NCBI GenBank assembly: GCA_018396635.1
Contig: JAGTQE010000002.1
Span: 9,615 to 73,614 of the forward strand
Source of the DNA: Candidatus Bathyarchaeota archaeon
Lineage (GTDB): Archaea > Thermoproteota > Bathyarchaeia > Bathyarchaeales > DTEX01
Reading direction: 5' to 3'
DNA length: 64,000 nucleotides
The translations under genes and the position numbers were made by a program. This document shows positions 46,963 through 56,850 of this stretch, in pieces. The stretch's first letter is position 1. Every line of letters begins with the position of its first letter. A model generated the notes under the pieces. That model saw nothing but the letters and a program-made list of their open reading frames with translations. It was not told the DNA's origin and did not search any database.

Positions 46963-47703
46963 ATGATTCCCAAAATAAATGAGTATAGGGAAAGGGTTTT
47001 CGAGATAATTGGCAAGATATGCTCAGAAGAGATGGAGAACATATTGGCTGCTTCAAGAATCATGGCTGACTGCATAGAAAGGGGCAATCTTATCTACGCT
47101 TTTGGAGCCGGCCACTCTATGGCCCTAGCCCTAGACATATTTTATCGCGCTGGCGGTCTACCACAAGTTTATCCCATGCTCGACATAAGCGTATCAGCCT
47201 ACAATGGTGCCATAAAGAGTACGGAGCTTGAAAAATTGCCCGGGTATGCCAGAGTCCTAGTGGACTATTATGGTGTGGGGGAAGGATCGACCATCATAGT
47301 AATCTCTAATTCAGGTAATAGGGTTCTCCCCGTAGAGGTCGGGGTTGAGGCTAAGAGGAGGGGAGCTAAAACAATTGCCGTGACGTCGAAGAAATATTCC
47401 GAATCCCTCCCAGCCGAGAATCCATATGGTAAGAGGCTTTATGAGGTGGCAGATATTACAGTGGACAATAAGGTGCCGCCCGGAGACGCCATAATAGAAT
47501 TAGATGGGTTACCGACTAAAATAGCGCCTGTATCCACTATAATAAACTCATTCATACTCCAGAGTCTAGTAATAGCGACCATCGACGAGCTTATTAAGAA
47601 AGGCACAAAGCCAAAAATCTGGGTTAGCGCGCACATTCCTGGGGGAGAGGAGAGGAATAGGGCTGTTATAGCGGAGTTTTTTGGAAAAATTAAGCCATTA
47701 TAA
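46963..47703 (+). CDS. SIS (sugar isomerase/phosphosugar-binding) domain protein
   Basis: 246 aa. YAFGAGHSMALALD and IVISNSGNRVLPVE are typical of UPF0309-type SIS proteins. Confidence 0.6.
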   Translation: MIPKINEYRERVFEIIGKICSEEMENILAASRIMADCIERGNLIYAFGAGHSMALALDIFYRAGGLPQVYPMLDISVSAYNGAIKSTELEKLPGYARVLVDYYGVGEGSTIIVISNSGNRVLPVEVGVEAKRRGAKTIAVTSKKYSESLPAENPYGKRLYEVADITVDNKVPPGDAIIELDGLPTKIAPVSTIINSFILQSLVIATIDELIKKGTKPKIWVSAHIPGGEERNRAVIAEFFGKIKPL

Positions 47704-47719
47704 TAAAATATTTTAATGA

Positions 47720-48733
47720 TTGATTTGGCGGTGTATGGGCTTGCCCGAGAGGTTTATTCTTGGTGTTGATGGAGGCGCAACAAAGACTGTGTGTGCTATT
47801 GCCGACGAAAATTTCCATGTCCTGGGGGTTGGGAGGTCTGGTCCATGTAACTATAATGCTGTTGGCGTTGAGCGTGCCCGTAGGAATGTTGAAGAGGCTA
47901 TTCAGAAGGCTTATCAAAGCGCTGGTAAGCGGCTGGAGGGGAAAATAGCTGATGTCGGCTGCTTCGGAATTGGGGGGCTAACAACTCAACACGACTATGA
48001 AATAATATCCACACAGATAGTTCCTTCATGGTCCGCGAAGAATAGGATCATAGTTAATGATGTTATTGTAGCCTTCTATGCCGCAACAAATGGGGATCCT
48101 GGGATCGTCGTCGTCGCCGGCACTGGATCAATAGCCTATGGCATGAACAGTAGAGGGATGAGTATGGTGTCCGGCGGATGGGGCTGGCTTATCGGTGATG
48201 AGGGAAGCGCATTTTATATAGCGCGGGAGGCTCTCTCCTTGGCTACGAAAGCTTACGATGGGCGGGGCGGAAAGACGATCCTTGTAGATATGTTTAGGGA
48301 AGAGTTTAAAGTGGACGACTTTAAAGATATTGTCCCAAAGATTTACCATGAGGTTACCTCCGCAGGGATAGCTTCGCTCTCCAGGATAGTCTTTTCAGCC
48401 GCTAAGAGGGGTGATAGGATGGCGATCAAGATATTGAGGAATGCTGGTGAGGAATTGGGTAGGGCTGCAGTTGCCATAGCAAGAAGGCTTTTTGATAGAA
48501 ATGAGCGTATAATGATTGGCGTGTCAGGCGGCGTTTTCATAGCGGATCCGACAGTATGGGAGTACTTCAAAAAATATGTGTCAAAGCGTCTATCTAACGT
48601 AACATTCGTCCCTCCAGTAAAACATCCTGTTATAGGCGCATTAATAATGGGATACAGGGCCCTCAATATAGGAATGAGCGATGAGGATAGGGTGGCCTTG
48701 CTGAAGGGGATTGAGAAGGCGATGTTGGAGTAA
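47720..48733 (+). CDS. BadF/BadG/BcrA/BcrD-type ATPase, N-acetylglucosamine-kinase-like
   Basis: LGVDGGATKTVCAIAD (ASKHA phosphate-1), VVAGTGSIAYG, GGWGWLIGDEGSAFYIAREAL. Confidence 0.7.
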   Translation: MIWRCMGLPERFILGVDGGATKTVCAIADENFHVLGVGRSGPCNYNAVGVERARRNVEEAIQKAYQSAGKRLEGKIADVGCFGIGGLTTQHDYEIISTQIVPSWSAKNRIIVNDVIVAFYAATNGDPGIVVVAGTGSIAYGMNSRGMSMVSGGWGWLIGDEGSAFYIAREALSLATKAYDGRGGKTILVDMFREEFKVDDFKDIVPKIYHEVTSAGIASLSRIVFSAAKRGDRMAIKILRNAGEELGRAAVAIARRLFDRNERIMIGVSGGVFIADPTVWEYFKKYVSKRLSNVTFVPPVKHPVIGALIMGYRALNIGMSDEDRVALLKGIEKAMLE

Positions 48734-48758
48734 TTTTGGATACTAACCCTTAAATAAA

Positions 48759-48992
48759 ATGAGGTGTTTATTGAGGTTGGTGGTTTATATGGAGAGGAAG
48801 CCCTGCCCAAATATAAAGGTTAACTTAGAGAATTGTCCATGCACATATCCATGCGATATTAAAGGGATCTGCTGCCAATGCCTACTAAACCATAGGCTAC
48901 ATGGCGAGCTGCCAGCATGCTACTTCCCACCTGAAGTCGAGAGAACATATGATAGATCCATAAGGCGGTTTATAGCAACTTATAGGAAATAA
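48759..48992 (+). CDS. Small Cys-rich protein, possibly DUF6485-like
   Basis: KPCPNIKVNLENCPCTYPCDIKGICCQCLLNHRLHGELPACYFP has 8 Cys in about 45 aa. The likely start is MERKPC at 48789. The family name is from memory and uncertain. Confidence 0.45.
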   Translation: MRCLLRLVVYMERKPCPNIKVNLENCPCTYPCDIKGICCQCLLNHRLHGELPACYFPPEVERTYDRSIRRFIATYRK

Positions 48993-49044
48993 CCTATATT
49001 ACAGGCCGCCCTGCTCCCATAGAAGGCTTTGGAGGAGGTCACCT

Positions 49045-50010
49045 ATGCTGGACGTTGTTACGCTTGGCGAGATGCTGGTTCAATTTAACTCGGTTACAAC
49101 CGGACCCTTAAGACATGTGGTTTACTTTGAGAAACATGCTGCGGGCGCAGAAGCTAACTTTGCTATAGGCATGGTTAGGCTCGGCTTTAAGGCTGGGTTT
49201 ATAACTCGTCTTGGAAACGATGAGTTCGGAAAATATATATTATCAGTTTTAAGGGGTGAGGGAGTGGACACTTCAAGAGTTAAGGTAGATGATGAGGCTC
49301 CAACAGGCATATATTTTATACAGAGGGGTTATCCAGTGCCAGAAAGGAGTTCAGTGGTCTACTATAGGCGGGGGTCAGCGGCGAGCAAGCTCTCACCTGA
49401 AGACATCGATGAAGACTACATTAAAGGCTCTAGGCTACTTCATTTAACTGGAATCACCCCAGCCCTAAGCGATAGCTGCATGGAGGCCACACTTAAGGCT
49501 TTGAGGATTGCTGTTGAGAATAAGGTTATGGTCTCCTTCGACACCAATGTTAGAATGAAGCTCTGGCTTAAGGCCGAAAAAGCCCGAAAAGCATTGCTTC
49601 CAATGATTGAGAAGGCGGATGTAGTTTTAACTGAGCCGGAGGACGCTGAGATTTTAATAGGGGAGAGGGAGCCGAGAAAAATAATTGATAAAATACTGGC
49701 GCTGGGCCCGAAAATAGTTGTGGTTAAGCTCGGCGCGGAGGGAGCAATGGCATCTAATGGGAAAGAGGTTGCCGTGAAGCCGGGATTTAGGGTTCCGGTT
49801 GTTGACGTTATTGGTGCTGGAGATGCATTTGCAGCTGGCTTTATGGCGAGCATACTTAAAGGGAGAAGCCTAGAGGATGCTTTACTGTTTGGTAATGCTG
49901 CAGGCGCTTTAGTTGTGACTGTTAGAGGCGATATTGAGAATTTACCTTCATGGGAGGATATTGAGAGGTTTCTTGCCTTCCAGAGAAGGGAGCATGTGAT
50001 GTTTAGATAG
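49045..50010 (+). CDS. kdgK: PfkB-family sugar kinase, 2-keto-3-deoxygluconate kinase-like
   Basis: 321 aa. GGAEANFAIG, and C-terminal DVIGAGDAFAAGF (PfkB signature 2). Confidence 0.7.
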   Translation: MLDVVTLGEMLVQFNSVTTGPLRHVVYFEKHAAGAEANFAIGMVRLGFKAGFITRLGNDEFGKYILSVLRGEGVDTSRVKVDDEAPTGIYFIQRGYPVPERSSVVYYRRGSAASKLSPEDIDEDYIKGSRLLHLTGITPALSDSCMEATLKALRIAVENKVMVSFDTNVRMKLWLKAEKARKALLPMIEKADVVLTEPEDAEILIGEREPRKIIDKILALGPKIVVVKLGAEGAMASNGKEVAVKPGFRVPVVDVIGAGDAFAAGFMASILKGRSLEDALLFGNAAGALVVTVRGDIENLPSWEDIERFLAFQRREHVMFR

Positions 50011-50028
50011 AAAAAGGCTTATTTTATC

Positions 50029-51819
50029 TTAGCCGGATGCCCAAAGCGGTAAAATCTTCCTCATCATCGCAATTATTTCACTTAGAGTTTCTATTTCATC
50101 GTCGCTTAATCTATTCTTAAACTTGGTATTTAGAAGTCTTGCATGCTCCTCCGGAACATAAGTGTACAATATGTCTCCTTCATCAAAGTGCCGCCCGACT
50201 ATTGGCTTATCTATTGATATCGCAACTTGCTTCCCCTTCTCAGCATACGGTATCGCTACACCCTTATCCTGTATTTGAAGTATCTCACCTATCTCCTTAC
50301 CATCACTTGTCATCAGCCTCACCCTAGGCCTTATGCGGCCCGCCAAGACCTCTATGCCGACTATTGCTGGCCTAGACCTGCGGAAAACGTAGCCCGGTAA
50401 AACCCTTATCTTAGCTGGCTTTATCAGCCTCTCAAACTCGCTTCTCTCACGCTCCTCCTTCATGCTCTTCATCCACTTAAGATACTCGTCAGTTAAATGG
50501 AAGATGACGTTATTCCAGAAGATAGGTATGTTATGTGCCTTAGCCTCCTCCTCGGCGTCTGGGAGGATCTTGACGTTGAACGCTAGGACAACTCCGTATA
50601 GAGGCTCCTTCTCCTTAACGATCATTGCCTCAGTCACATCCCTCTTTGAGACGTCCCCAACATCAGCAAGCCGTATCGGTACACCGTTGCGAGATAGGCT
50701 TTCAGCTATAGCTTCGAGGGAGCCCAACGCGTCAGCCTTCAAAACAACACCATCGATCTCAGTAGATATCCTTATCCTCCCAATCTCCTCTAAAACATCT
50801 TTAATATACTCCTCTACCTTATCCTCTGAGGGGACAGCGTATACTGGAGCTCCGGCCAACGCGTCTTCAAGGTTTGGGGCAACTATCTTCACGCCAGCAG
50901 CTGCATGAACCTCATCAACGGATAGGAATTTTTCTCTTGGATCCCTTATCTCGTCAAGCGGCTTAGGCATAAGTATTGCTCTCACATTTGTTATAATGGG
51001 CTTCTCCTTACCGCCGAGCACTATTGTATCGCCCCTCTTAAGAACACCATCATAGATTATGGCGTTTACAGTTACGCCTAAACCAGCCTCCTCCTTAACC
51101 TCTAGAATTGTACCCCTCGCTGGACCACTGGTAGTTTGGAGTCTTTTTTGGAGATACTGCTGCGTTAAGCCTGCCAGAACGGCTATAAGCTCCGGTATCC
51201 CCTCACCGGTCTTCGCGCTCGTCGGAATTATGGCGACAGTTCTCGTAAAATCCCTTATTCTATCAAACCTATCGGCCCTGAACGATAGCTCAGAGAATTT
51301 TCCAATAATCCTATATATATGCTCATCCAATAACTGTCTCACAGCGGGTTCCTGCTTTTTATAAGATTCTAGGAATGGGGCGTTCGGATAAGGTTTCCAT
51401 CCGGGGATCCTGTCAATCTTATTTGCGGCTACTAGGAATGGTGTTCTCCTAGACTTTAAGATTTCAATAACCTCATATGTCTGAGCCTCAAACCCCTTCA
51501 AAACATCTATCACCAATATTGCTATGTCGGCTATCCCACCGCCCCTCCGCCTGAGGTTTGCGAAGGCCTCATGCCCGGGAGTATCAATCACTAATAGCCC
51601 AGGTATCTTAATCTCTCCACCAATAATCTTTAGAAATGGACCAGCTATCTCCTTTAGTGTCTCCATTGGGAAGAAGCTTGCGCCTATATGCTGAGTCATG
51701 CCTCCAACCTCGCGGGCTTGGACGCTGGTCTTTCTTATTAAGTCGAGTAGCGTGGTTTTGCCAGTATCTACGTGTCCAAGAACGCAGACGATGGGTTGCC
51801 TAATCCGAATACTCATCAA
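50029..51819 (-). CDS. infB: Translation initiation factor aIF5B (IF-2)
   Basis: 596 aa. RQPIVCVLGHVDTGKTTLLD, DTPGHEAF, NKIDR. Confidence 0.9.
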   Translation of the reverse strand: MMSIRIRQPIVCVLGHVDTGKTTLLDLIRKTSVQAREVGGMTQHIGASFFPMETLKEIAGPFLKIIGGEIKIPGLLVIDTPGHEAFANLRRRGGGIADIAILVIDVLKGFEAQTYEVIEILKSRRTPFLVAANKIDRIPGWKPYPNAPFLESYKKQEPAVRQLLDEHIYRIIGKFSELSFRADRFDRIRDFTRTVAIIPTSAKTGEGIPELIAVLAGLTQQYLQKRLQTTSGPARGTILEVKEEAGLGVTVNAIIYDGVLKRGDTIVLGGKEKPIITNVRAILMPKPLDEIRDPREKFLSVDEVHAAAGVKIVAPNLEDALAGAPVYAVPSEDKVEEYIKDVLEEIGRIRISTEIDGVVLKADALGSLEAIAESLSRNGVPIRLADVGDVSKRDVTEAMIVKEKEPLYGVVLAFNVKILPDAEEEAKAHNIPIFWNNVIFHLTDEYLKWMKSMKEERERSEFERLIKPAKIRVLPGYVFRRSRPAIVGIEVLAGRIRPRVRLMTSDGKEIGEILQIQDKGVAIPYAEKGKQVAISIDKPIVGRHFDEGDILYTYVPEEHARLLNTKFKNRLSDDEIETLSEIIAMMRKILPLWASG

Positions 51820-51970
51820 ACCACTCTCGCTTTAGGAAATTATGCCTTCCCTCGGCTACGCACAGTCAAGCAATGGAATAGTAAGCAATCTATATAAATA
51901 AATCTCTACCTTTCGCAATCCTCTATAAGAAAATTGGAGTAGTGTTCCCTGTTCTTGGAGGCTGAAAAAT

Positions 51971-53050
51971 CTAAATGGCTAATATCTTCATGTAGTTTAC
52001 GTTCCTCTTAACAAGATCAACTGCAGCATTTATCCTTCTAGAATCCTTGGGCTTTATTCTCCCAATAACCTTTTGTACATGCTGGAGCGTTGTGTAAGTA
52101 TCGTATGGTACAAGTATTAGTGGAATATTAAGGGCATCTGCCTTCGGAAAGACCTTCGCGCTTGGATATAGATTTCCAGTTAAAATTATTGCGGCTACAT
52201 CCGTCTCAAGAGCTGTTAGGATTATGTCTGTTCGATCCCCACCAGTAATCACAATCTCATTAGATATCTTCCGGAAATATTTCACCGCGCTCTCAGGGGT
52301 CATTGCGCCTATAAGTATTGCTTCAACAACCCTATCTAACCCTCCTCCTCCGGCTAAAACCCTCCCGCCAATGAAGTCGCATATTTCTCTAACGGTTGGG
52401 GCGCTAAGCATCTTATCCTCTGGAATCAAGCCAAGAACCTCTACGCCGTTCCTCTCGATAAACGACTTAATCACCCTCTCAGTCCGCTCCATCCTGTCCT
52501 GTGGTATCCTGTTTAAAACGACGCCGAATAGCCTAGTGCCCCACTTTATACAGCAGTCCTGAATCTGCAGAATATCATCCACGACAGAGTCTTCTTCAGC
52601 CCTTTCAACGAGAAGTATTTCAGCATTAAATTCCTTAGCGAGCTTTGGGATTGAGCATCCTAAAAATGCTCCTGCTGAGAATGTAGGTGGCCCTTCTATA
52701 AACATTAAGTCTACATCCCTAGAAATCTTTTCATAAGATCCCCGCACGCTTTCAATGCAAGTTTTCAGATCAATTCTTATAAAATCCTCTAGGAATTCGC
52801 TCCTTCTAAGCACTATTGGACATATAACGCTACTCTCATGCCCAGAGTTCAGGATTGACCTAATTATCTCTACATCCTCATCTGTTTGCTCTCTTCCAGG
52901 GATCAGTGAGGAGCTGAAACCTATAGGCTTAAAGTATCCTGCCCTTTTACCCATCTCCTTGGCAATAAATGTAAGCGCTATTATAATGGCGCTTTTGCCA
53001 GAAAGCTCGTCTGTCGAAGCAACATATATGGCTCTCTTAACCATCTTCAC
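51971..53050 (-). CDS. Stand-alone phosphotransacetylase-N-terminal-like protein (BioD-like P-loop domain + DRTGG domain)
   Basis: 359 aa. An N-terminal AIYVASTDELSGKSAIIIAL...GYFKPIG nucleotide-binding-like fold, and a C-terminal VITGGDRTDIILTAL..ILTGN DRTGG-type segment. It has no PTA catalytic domain. It starts 41 nt after the ACD stop. Confidence 0.65.
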   Translation of the reverse strand: MKMVKRAIYVASTDELSGKSAIIIALTFIAKEMGKRAGYFKPIGFSSSLIPGREQTDEDVEIIRSILNSGHESSVICPIVLRRSEFLEDFIRIDLKTCIESVRGSYEKISRDVDLMFIEGPPTFSAGAFLGCSIPKLAKEFNAEILLVERAEEDSVVDDILQIQDCCIKWGTRLFGVVLNRIPQDRMERTERVIKSFIERNGVEVLGLIPEDKMLSAPTVREICDFIGGRVLAGGGGLDRVVEAILIGAMTPESAVKYFRKISNEIVITGGDRTDIILTALETDVAAIILTGNLYPSAKVFPKADALNIPLILVPYDTYTTLQHVQKVIGRIKPKDSRRINAAVDLVKRNVNYMKILAI

Positions 53051-53091
53051 CCCTCATATATACTTCTCAATACTTTTACTTTACTTTATCT

Positions 53092-55188
53092 TTACGTTAT
53101 TATTACTCTTATATCTACTCCTAGGCATCCTTCACCGCTCTCATAAACGAAGAGCGGGTTCACCTCTATTTCAGATATCTCCTCAACTTGAGCCATAACC
53201 TGCGATATTCTAAGGATCACATCTATCACAGCATCTATATCTGAAGGCGGCTCACCCCTAACACCCCTGAGAAGGATATATGCTTTAGTCTCCTCAATCA
53301 TTTGAGCCGTCTCGCTCTTTGTCAGAGGACCTAGACGATAGGAGACATCTCTCAGAAAGTCGACGTATATTCCGCCCAAACCGAACATTATCAGCGGACC
53401 GAATTGCGGATCCCTAACAGCCCCAACAATAACCTCTCTCCCACGAGGCACCATCCTCTGCACTAGCACGCCCAATATTCTTGCGCGTGGCATGATGGTC
53501 CTTGTCCTCCTAACAAGAAGTTCATAGTTCTCTTCCACATCAGCCCGACTTTTAATTCCAAGCACGACTCCACCAATATCTGTTTTGTGTATGATGTCGG
53601 GCGATACGATCTTCATTGCTATGGGGTAGCCTATTTCATCGGCGATCCTACCAGCCTCTTCCCTGCTTCTGGCAACAGCAGCCCTAGGCATAGGTATGCC
53701 GGCGGCATCAGCAATAATCATACTCTCGTCTATTGTCAGAGACTTTCTTCCCTCGGATCTTGCGTGTTGAATAACCTCCCTGATTCTATCGACATCTATC
53801 CTCACTTTAGGGGCTTCCTCCTCGATAGGTGAGTTAAGTATTAGAGTGTACTCGTACATCGCTTTTAGGGCGTGGACAGCCTGCTCTGGAAACGCATAAT
53901 TCGGTATTCCACCCCTTTTAAGCGTCCTTATAATTGGTGAGGTCTCCTCAAACCCCATAAAGGAGGCGAGGATTGGCTTATCTGAGGTCCTCCCAATATC
54001 AGCTAGAGTTTCAGCAACCTTCTCCGATGGGGTTACTACTTGAGGGGTTAATATGACTATTATTCCATCAATCCCATGGCTTCTTAAACCAGCCTCAATA
54101 GCCGACCTGTAGCGCCTCTCATCAGCATCACCTAAAACGTCTATAGGATTGCCTAGGCTGGCGTGGGGAGGCATGCTTTTTCGCAGTTCCTCTAAGATGT
54201 CATACTCTAGGATTGGTAAATCTAAGCCGGCTTTCTCACATGCGTCAGCCGCAAGTATGCCTGGGCCGCCTCCATTGGTCACTATTAGTACCCTTCTACC
54301 CTTAGGCAGTGGTTGGGAGCTGAATGCCAGGACTAGGTTGAATAGCTCCTCTACTGTGGCCACCCTTATCACTCCAGCCTTCCTGAAGGCTGCAGAGAAG
54401 GCGGTTTCTGAGCCAGCTAGGGAGCCCGTGTGGGATGAAACCGCCTTTATGCCGGCGCTTGTCGTCCCAGCCTTCACGGCGATTATGGGCTTTCTCCTAG
54501 AAACTCTTCTAGCAACCTCAATGAAGCGCCCTCCCTCCTTAACGCCCTCAATATAAAGGCCAATAACCCTCGTATCTTCATCCTCGCCCAAAGCCTCTAT
54601 AAAGTCTGTGGCGTTTAAGTCCGCTTCATTACCTAAGCTTATGAATTTCGTAAAGCCGATCTCATTTCTAATAGCCCAGCTCAATATTGCGCTCCCAAGG
54701 GCTCCACTCTGAGATATGAAGGCTATGTTGCCGGGCGGGGGCATTACTGGTGCAAATGATGCGTTCACGCGATTCTGGACGCTTATTATACCAAGGCAGT
54801 TTGGGCCCTGCATGCGCATGCCATATCTCCGACATATGCTGACGATTTCACGTTCTAGCCGTGCCCCCTCACTGCCAGTTTCGCCGAAGCCAGCGGAGAT
54901 AACGACCACGCCCCTAACACCCCTAACGCCGCAGTCCTCTAAGACAGATGGCACAACCTTGGCTGGGACAACTATAACGGCTAGGTCAACTTCCCCTGGA
55001 ACATCCTTAACGCTTCCATAACATTTAAGCCCTAAGATCTCATCTGCATTTGGATTTATCGGGTAGATTGACCCCTTAAACCCTCCACTAATAAGATTCC
55101 TGAGTATTCCATGCCCAATCTTAGATGGGTCTCTGCTCGCACCTATAACGGCAATCGCCTTAGGATTAAAGAACATATCTAGCTTCAT
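53092..55188 (-). CDS. acd: ADP-forming acetyl-CoA synthetase (acetate--CoA ligase), fused alpha-beta
   Basis: 698 aa. FFNPKAIAVIGASRDPSKIGHGILRNL (CoA-binding), SQSGALG, catalytic His region SSHTGSLAG, and a C-terminal ATP-grasp half. Confidence 0.9.
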   Translation of the reverse strand: MKLDMFFNPKAIAVIGASRDPSKIGHGILRNLISGGFKGSIYPINPNADEILGLKCYGSVKDVPGEVDLAVIVVPAKVVPSVLEDCGVRGVRGVVVISAGFGETGSEGARLEREIVSICRRYGMRMQGPNCLGIISVQNRVNASFAPVMPPPGNIAFISQSGALGSAILSWAIRNEIGFTKFISLGNEADLNATDFIEALGEDEDTRVIGLYIEGVKEGGRFIEVARRVSRRKPIIAVKAGTTSAGIKAVSSHTGSLAGSETAFSAAFRKAGVIRVATVEELFNLVLAFSSQPLPKGRRVLIVTNGGGPGILAADACEKAGLDLPILEYDILEELRKSMPPHASLGNPIDVLGDADERRYRSAIEAGLRSHGIDGIIVILTPQVVTPSEKVAETLADIGRTSDKPILASFMGFEETSPIIRTLKRGGIPNYAFPEQAVHALKAMYEYTLILNSPIEEEAPKVRIDVDRIREVIQHARSEGRKSLTIDESMIIADAAGIPMPRAAVARSREEAGRIADEIGYPIAMKIVSPDIIHKTDIGGVVLGIKSRADVEENYELLVRRTRTIMPRARILGVLVQRMVPRGREVIVGAVRDPQFGPLIMFGLGGIYVDFLRDVSYRLGPLTKSETAQMIEETKAYILLRGVRGEPPSDIDAVIDVILRISQVMAQVEEISEIEVNPLFVYESGEGCLGVDIRVIIT

Positions 55189-55327
55189 AGATTGACCTCA
55201 AAACATCCTCAAACAATCCTATATTAATTCTTTTTGACAGGTTATAGATGGCAGGGGGATGGAAGCCCTTTAACTTTACCCTCTCTTTCCATTTTCAGCA
55301 TGATTTAAAAATTAGGAGAAAAACTAT

Positions 55328-55933
55328 TTACTCATCTACTTTAAATTCCATTAATATCTTCTTTCTTGTATCCTCAAAATGCTTTGGTAAATTTTCCGGC
55401 AGTAGGTTTCTGGCCAGGTACTCGGAGAAGTGCCTTGAATATTTCTCCGGGCTTTCTGATGCTAGCATCTCAGCATATTTTGCTATGTGCTCTCCACGTA
55501 TTCTAGATTCGTCTGGCAGGATGGACTCGTCATGCGGGACTTCAATTCCGGCATCTATAAATCCCTTCATCGCCGCGAAGACCGCTGCGCCTTTAGAGGG
55601 CGTGTGTAAGCCTATATCTAAGATGGCTTCTTTTATGCCTTCTCTCACAGCCTTTAAGCCGCATAGCAGCCCAGTTAAGTATGCTGCTGGAAGATTGTTC
55701 AAGTCGCCGAGCCAACCATACTTTCTTCTAAGCTCTCTGGAGTGTGCTGAGGTTATGACTATGTCCCCTATAACAGTTGCCCTTACGATCTGAGCAATTA
55801 TATTCTTGTTGGTCTTCCTAATCACAAGCCTAGGGCGGTCTGAGAGTATAAGCTTCTTTCTAAGCCTATAATCCGTTTTACCCTCCCTACGCCTCCTAAA
55901 TGGAACGCTATAAGATGGTCCTTTAGCCATCAT
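55328..55933 (-). CDS. rpl18: 50S ribosomal protein uL18
   Basis: [24 protein letters not shown], plus operon position. Confidence 0.9.
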   Translation of the reverse strand: MMAKGPSYSVPFRRRREGKTDYRLRKKLILSDRPRLVIRKTNKNIIAQIVRATVIGDIVITSAHSRELRRKYGWLGDLNNLPAAYLTGLLCGLKAVREGIKEAILDIGLHTPSKGAAVFAAMKGFIDAGIEVPHDESILPDESRIRGEHIAKYAEMLASESPEKYSRHFSEYLARNLLPENLPKHFEDTRKKILMEFKVDE

Positions 55934-56382
55934 CTCTTCCTCCTTAATCCATGCACCTCTATGTAGCGGTGCAGGTCTGCTATGGATTTAAAGACTCCTG
56001 CCTTAGCCTTAAGATATAGCTGCCTATAAACCCTGACAGATATGACGCGCTTCTCCCTAAGCTCACGTAATCTCCTTCTCAGAGCCCTAATCTTCTCAAC
56101 CCACTCCTTCTCATGGCTTATTCTAGCGCCAGCCGCTCCGCTCCTTTTCCCTACCCCCCTACGCCTACCCTTCCTCTTCTTCTCATGTATAATGCGGGCT
56201 CTGGCCCGGCTAACGCCCTTATCTTTCAGCTTTCTTATTACACCCTCATGTATAAGCCTCTTGATATCCTCCCTTGTTATCGCGGCTTCAACCTCCTCGA
56301 TTCTTTCTGGGTCTATCCATACCCTCTCCTCGCCAACGCCAAGGATCTCTGCAGCCATCCTACGCTGGCTCTTTAAGCTCAA
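55930..56382 (-). CDS. rpl19e: 50S ribosomal protein eL19
   Basis: [24 protein letters not shown] and a basic helical tail. It overlaps rpl18 by 4 nt. Confidence 0.9.
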   Translation of the reverse strand: MSLKSQRRMAAEILGVGEERVWIDPERIEEVEAAITREDIKRLIHEGVIRKLKDKGVSRARARIIHEKKRKGRRRGVGKRSGAAGARISHEKEWVEKIRALRRRLRELREKRVISVRVYRQLYLKAKAGVFKSIADLHRYIEVHGLRRKR

Positions 56383-56406
56383 GACGTGAACACCCCCATT
56401 ATATGG

Positions 56407-56850
56407 CTATGATTGGCTAGCCTTTGTAGCCTCCTTCTTCTCCTCCAGTGGCACGCCTGGATTTAAGATGCGTATTCCCATCTCCTGGGCCTTCCTGAGT
56501 ATCTCAGCTCTTTTCTTAGCGCCTACCGTATGAGCTATTCTTATAGCCTCCACGCCAGGATCTACTTTACTCAAATCATCGACATTATACACTATAACTT
56601 CTCTATAAGCCGAGGGGTGTAAACCCCTAGCCGCCTTTGGGCCGCCATATCCAACTTTAACTTTAGCTGGCCAGCCCTTAACTTCCTTGCGCATCTTGCT
56701 ATCTATGCCCCTAGGCTTCCTCCAGCTCTCATCTAGGCGGTCGTATCGCCAGCTCTCCTGCCTAACGAAGTTCGGCTTCTTCTTCTTAACCTTCTCCCTC
56801 AGCTCAACTATCTCCTTCAGCTTTTCCAGGCTCTCGCTTCTAGGACTCAA
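56407..56850 (-). CDS. rpl32e: 50S ribosomal protein eL32
   Basis: FVRQESWRYDRLDESWRKPRGIDSKMR. Confidence 0.9.
   Translation of the reverse strand: MSPRSESLEKLKEIVELREKVKKKKPNFVRQESWRYDRLDESWRKPRGIDSKMRKEVKGWPAKVKVGYGGPKAARGLHPSAYREVIVYNVDDLSKVDPGVEAIRIAHTVGAKKRAEILRKAQEMGIRILNPGVPLEEKKEATKASQS

Noticed and set aside
48343-48810. 155-aa minus-strand ORF, with similar antisense ORFs at 55248-55793 and 56042-56389
   Set aside because: They are antisense to the BadF-type kinase and to the uL18 and eL19 genes respectively. No independent support.
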